A stretch of 64,000 nucleotides of DNA from the human T2T-CHM13v2.0 reference genome, Homo sapiens. The notes beneath the pieces are model-generated. The model worked only from the letters and a program-made list of their open reading frames with translations, searched no databases and was not told where the DNA came from. The translations under genes and the position numbers were made by a program. This document shows positions 59,681 to 64,000 of this stretch, one piece after another (within the stretch, counting starts at the first letter, position 1; every line of letters begins with the position of its first letter). The stretch lies in NCBI RefSeq assembly GCF_009914755.1, contig NC_060940.1; one strand, written 5' to 3'.

Positions 59681-62097
59681 TAGGCAGATCTTGGAGATAT
59701 TGTAGCTTTGGTTCCAGACCACCACAATAAAGCAAATCGTACAGTAACACAACTCACCACATGTTTTTGGTTTCCCAGTGCATATAAAAGTTATGTTTAC
59801 TGTTTACTGTAGTCTATTGGGTGTGCAATAGCATTACATTTAAAAAAACAATGTACATACCTTAATGTAAACATATGTGGTTATTAAAAAAAGTTAATAA
59901 TTATCTGAGCCTTCAGCAAGTCATATCTTTTTGCTGGTAGAGGTTATCACCTAAATGTTGATGGCTGGTGACTAATCAGGGTGGTGGTTGCTGAAGGTTG
60001 GGGTGGCTGTGGCAATTTCTTAAAATAAGACTGCAATGATGCTTGCCACGTTGATTGACTCTTCCTTTCGCACAAGATTTATTTGCAGTGTGTGATGCTG
60101 TTTGATAGCATGTTACCATGATATAACTTCTTTCAAAATCAAAATCAACTTTTTCAAAACTCTGCCACTACATTATCAACTAAGTTTATGTAATATTCTA
60201 CTTCGTTATTATTTCAACAATGTTCACAACATTTTCACTAGGGGTAGCTTCCATCTCAAGAAACCACTTTCTCAGCTCATTCATAAGCAGCAATTCCTTA
60301 TCCATTCATATTGGACTGATCATGAGCTTGCAGCAATTTAGTCACATCTTCAGAGTCCACCTCTGATTTTAGTTCTATTAATATTTCCACGCATTTGCAG
60401 TTACTTCCTCCACCGTAGTCTTGAACCCCTTAAAGTCGTCCATGAGGATTGGAATCAACTTTGTCCCAACACCTCTTATTGTTGGTATAATAACTCTCTT
60501 CCATGAATCACAAGTGCTCCTAATAGCATTTAGAATAGAGAATCCTTACCACAAGATTTTCAACTGACTTTGCTCAGATCCATCAGAGGAAGTACTCTCT
60601 ATGGTGACTATAGCCTTAAGAAATGTCTTTCTTTAATAATGAGTCTTGAAAACTGAAATTACTCTTTAATTCATGAGCTGCAAAATGGAAGTTGTGTTAA
60701 CAAATATGAAAACGGCATTAATCTCCTTGTATATCTCCATCAGAGCTCCTGGGTGACCAGGTGCATTGTCAATGTGCAATAATATTTTGAAGGATTTTTT
60801 TTTTTTTCTGAGCAGTAGGTCTCTACAGTCAGCTTCAAATATTCAGCAAACCATCCTGCAAACAGATGTGCTGTCATGCAGGTTTTATTGTTCTATTTAT
60901 AGAGCACAGGCAGAGTAAATTTAGTATAATTCTTAAGGGCCCTCAAATTTTCAAAATGATAAAGGGTCATTGGCTTCAACCTAAAGTCACCAGCTGTGCT
61001 GACTGATATGTAACAAGAGAATCGGCCTGTCCTTTGAAGCTTTAAAGCCAAGCATTGACTTCTTCCCTCTAGAACCGAAAGAAGATGGAATCTTCTTTCA
61101 ACGGAAGGCTGTTTTATTTTGATGGAAAGTCTCTTGCTAAATCTTAGCTAGATCTTCTGGAAAACTTGCTGTTGCTTCTATCTCAGCACTTGCTACTTCA
61201 CCTTGCACTTTTATGCTATGGAGATGACTTATTTTCTTAAATCGAATGAACCAACCTTTGCTAGCTTCACACTTTACTTCTGCAGCATCCTCATCTCTCT
61301 CAGCCCTTAGAGAATTACAGGAAGTTAGGGCTTGGCTTACTAAACTCAACTTGAGCTAAAATTCACTGCACAATCTTATTTGTAGGTACAAGGTTAACTT
61401 TTTCAGGGAATGTTGTGGCCAGTTTGATCTTTCATCCAGAGCACTCACTTTATCCATATTAGCAATGAGTCTGTTTTGCTTTTCTATCATTTGCATATTC
61501 ACTGCAGTAGCACTTTTAATTTCCTTTAAGATCTTTTCTTTTGCATACTTGGCTAACTCTTTGGCACAAGAAGCCTAGCTTTCAGCCTATTTCAGCTTTA
61601 GGTGCCTTCCTCACCAAGCTAAATCATTTCTAGTTTTTTATTTAAAGTGAGAGACGTGACCCTTCCTTACACTTGTATATGTACAGACCACTACAGAATT
61701 ATTAATTGGCCTAATTTTAATCCTATTTTGTCTCAAGGAATAAGGGCTGAGAAGAGTGAGAGAGAAAGGGGAATGACTGGTTAGTGGAGCAGTCAGAACA
61801 CACATAATGTTTATTGATTAACCTTGCTGTCTTATATGGGAGCAGCTCATGGTGCCCCAAAACTAGTACAATAGTAACATCAAAGATCACTGGTCACAGT
61901 TCACCAAAACAGATGAAATAATAATGAAAAAGTCTGAAATGTTGCAAGAATTACCAAAATGTGACACAGAGACGTGAAGTGAACACTCACTGTTAGAAAA
62001 ATGGTGTTAATTGACCTGCTTGATGCAGAGTTGCCACCCAACTTCAATTTGTTAAAAACACAATGTCTGTGAAGCACAATGAAACAAGGTATGCCCG
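59681..62097 (-). mobile_element. Near full-length Tigger1 DNA transposon (~2.4 kb) with decayed transposase
   Basis: TIRs taggcagatcttggagatattg... and ...aaggtatgcccg; ORF 61137-61349 encodes [28 protein letters not shown] (Tigger1/CENP-B-type HTH region). Confidence 0.92.
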
Positions 62098-62684
62098 TGT
62101 ATGATTCCAGAATGTAACCTTCCTGGGTGATGCTGAAGTTGTGAAGAATCAGCATGTTGTCACTGCCATAAATGGTTTCCACAACTTTTCAAGTTTTGAA
62201 CTTAGAGTTATCTACAATTTGGAAAGTGAATACAGAGGATGGTGCTTGTTATGAACTGAATGGGTAGATGAGGTCCTCATGGTGGGCATCTTCCATACTC
62301 TTAACTAAGTTCAGGCCTTTGGAGGAGCTTTATTCTAAATCAGAAAACCTTTATCTTCAGAGCTCTTTCTCCTCCACAATTTTTCTTTTCTTGTTCTCCT
62401 CTAGAAAAGCAACTGGATAAAACTTCAGATTAAGCAAATATTTATTTAAAATCCAATGTGTTCTATCCTTTAAAAGCAACAACTACAAACTTAAAGTTGG
62501 TTTGTTGAAATGTGAGCCAAAGGGCAATGCATTGGGTCTTAATAAAATATGTACAGAGGTCCATGTAATCAAGCACTTATTTGAGTAACAGAAATGCCCC
62601 TGCTACTTGAATTCGTTGTCAGAAAGTTTGATCACTCAAAGCTGTGTTTCAGTACCCAGGCTACATTCTGAAGAGAAAAATGTT

Positions 62685-62733
62685 ATGATTACTAAATAAT
62701 AACATGATTATTAAATAATAACATGATTATTAA
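62685..62733. repeat. Short tandem duplication of a 19-bp unit (atgattaytaaataataac), ~2.5 copies
   Basis: Read directly from the sequence. Confidence 0.85.
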
Positions 62734-64000
62734 TTTCAATCAAGAAATTATTTATTCTACTGCAAGGAAAATACATTCATATCCTCCCCAATACTATTAG
62801 GGACTTTGAAGCAAGAGCAATGTTTTAGGGCATGCAGCATAGATCATACACATGAAAAATCTCAAGATTTGAGTTCACCAACCTACTTTATGTGTAGAGA
62901 TCTGGATAAAGAAATGTTTTTGTGGTCACAATTCTGCTACTTAAAGGGAGTGGGGTTGGGGGGTGGTAAAACTAGGTAAACAACAAAATTCTTAAAGGAT
63001 TGCTTTAACAAATCTGTTCATTTTTGTTTTTGTTTTCAGTTTTGGACATACTTCAAATTATACCGACTCTTGGAATTCACTAACAGCCTTAGGAGATCAT
63101 CTAATTTCTTATATCAATTTGTCCTTTAATGACTATGAGTTTGGGTTGAGCATGCAAATACAGTCTACCTCAATTTCCCTGACAAAATCATGCTGATAGA
63201 AAGCCGAATAATTACTCAGGATTTGATAAGGATTAAATAAAGCTTTACAAAGAGAATATACCTTTGCTTTTCTTTAACTTAACTTCCCTGTCTGAAGCAG
63301 TAACTGAATATACAAAATATAAAAACTTTTTTACAGGTCATCTCTACTTGAAACTCCCCAAGGTCACAGACAGAAAGGACCATGACAGATTCTATTAATT
63401 CAATTTAGGAGATGGGGGAAATGAGGCATGGGAGAGTTTAGTTATCTGTTCTCATTTTTCTACTTTACATAGTTTTATAAGATGCAAATACCAAATAATG
63501 CACCTGCACTTAAAAGATTCTGCTCTGCAGAACCCCATTTGAGGTGATATTAAATGGGCCAAATATGTTTGGAAAACTCCAGTTTAAGTATAATTAAACT
63601 CTAATGTGGGGGTCCTGAAATGATATGCTAGATTGAATTGCTGTTTATCTTTCTTAGCTAGAGGAGTTGGCAAAGCATCACAGAGAGGCAAGAACAGAAA
63701 ATAACCTTGAAATATGCTTCCTGTTTTCCTGCTTTTGCAAATAAAAAGTTGAATGGCTTTTCTTTAATATTTAAGCATAAGTTTAGTTGGCTTCAGTTAC
63801 TTGAGATTAACATGCCCAAACCTAATTTTTTAAGACAATAAACAACACAATTAAAGCATAACTCTAACCTTACAGAGCTTGGTCATCAGGGAACAAGAAA
63901 TGTGCATATGTGTGTATATGATGGTGGGGAGGGGATGTTTTGGATGTATAAGATACCATATGGAGTGGTGGTACCAGGGTTGACTGGCACCCGAAGTAGT

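Overview
Primate (most likely human or hominoid) AT-rich non-coding DNA, either intergenic or deep intronic, built largely from nested transposable elements: L1s of several ages, Alus, MaLR/ERVL/ERV1/ERVK LTR elements, Tigger/MER DNA transposons, L2/MIR relics and microsatellites. I cannot support any host protein-coding exon, RNA gene or CRISPR array; the longer ORFs are L1 ORF2, Tigger1 transposase or CpG-depleted LTR sequence. I found no new gene system. The best signals are insertion and repair scars. (1) A young antisense L1PA2/3 is 5'-truncated at the ORF2 position homologous to its insertion site in an old L1MD. (2) Two ~50-bp templated insertions appear to be copied from donors 2-4 kb away in this window. 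(3) A twin-primed L1PA8 lacks about 3 kb at its inversion. (4) A MER52 mini-provirus has a 3' LTR collapsed at a microhomology. (5) A pre-miRNA-sized hairpin lies in unique sequence. Subfamily names come from recalled consensus sequences and need confirmation with RepeatMasker/Dfam.
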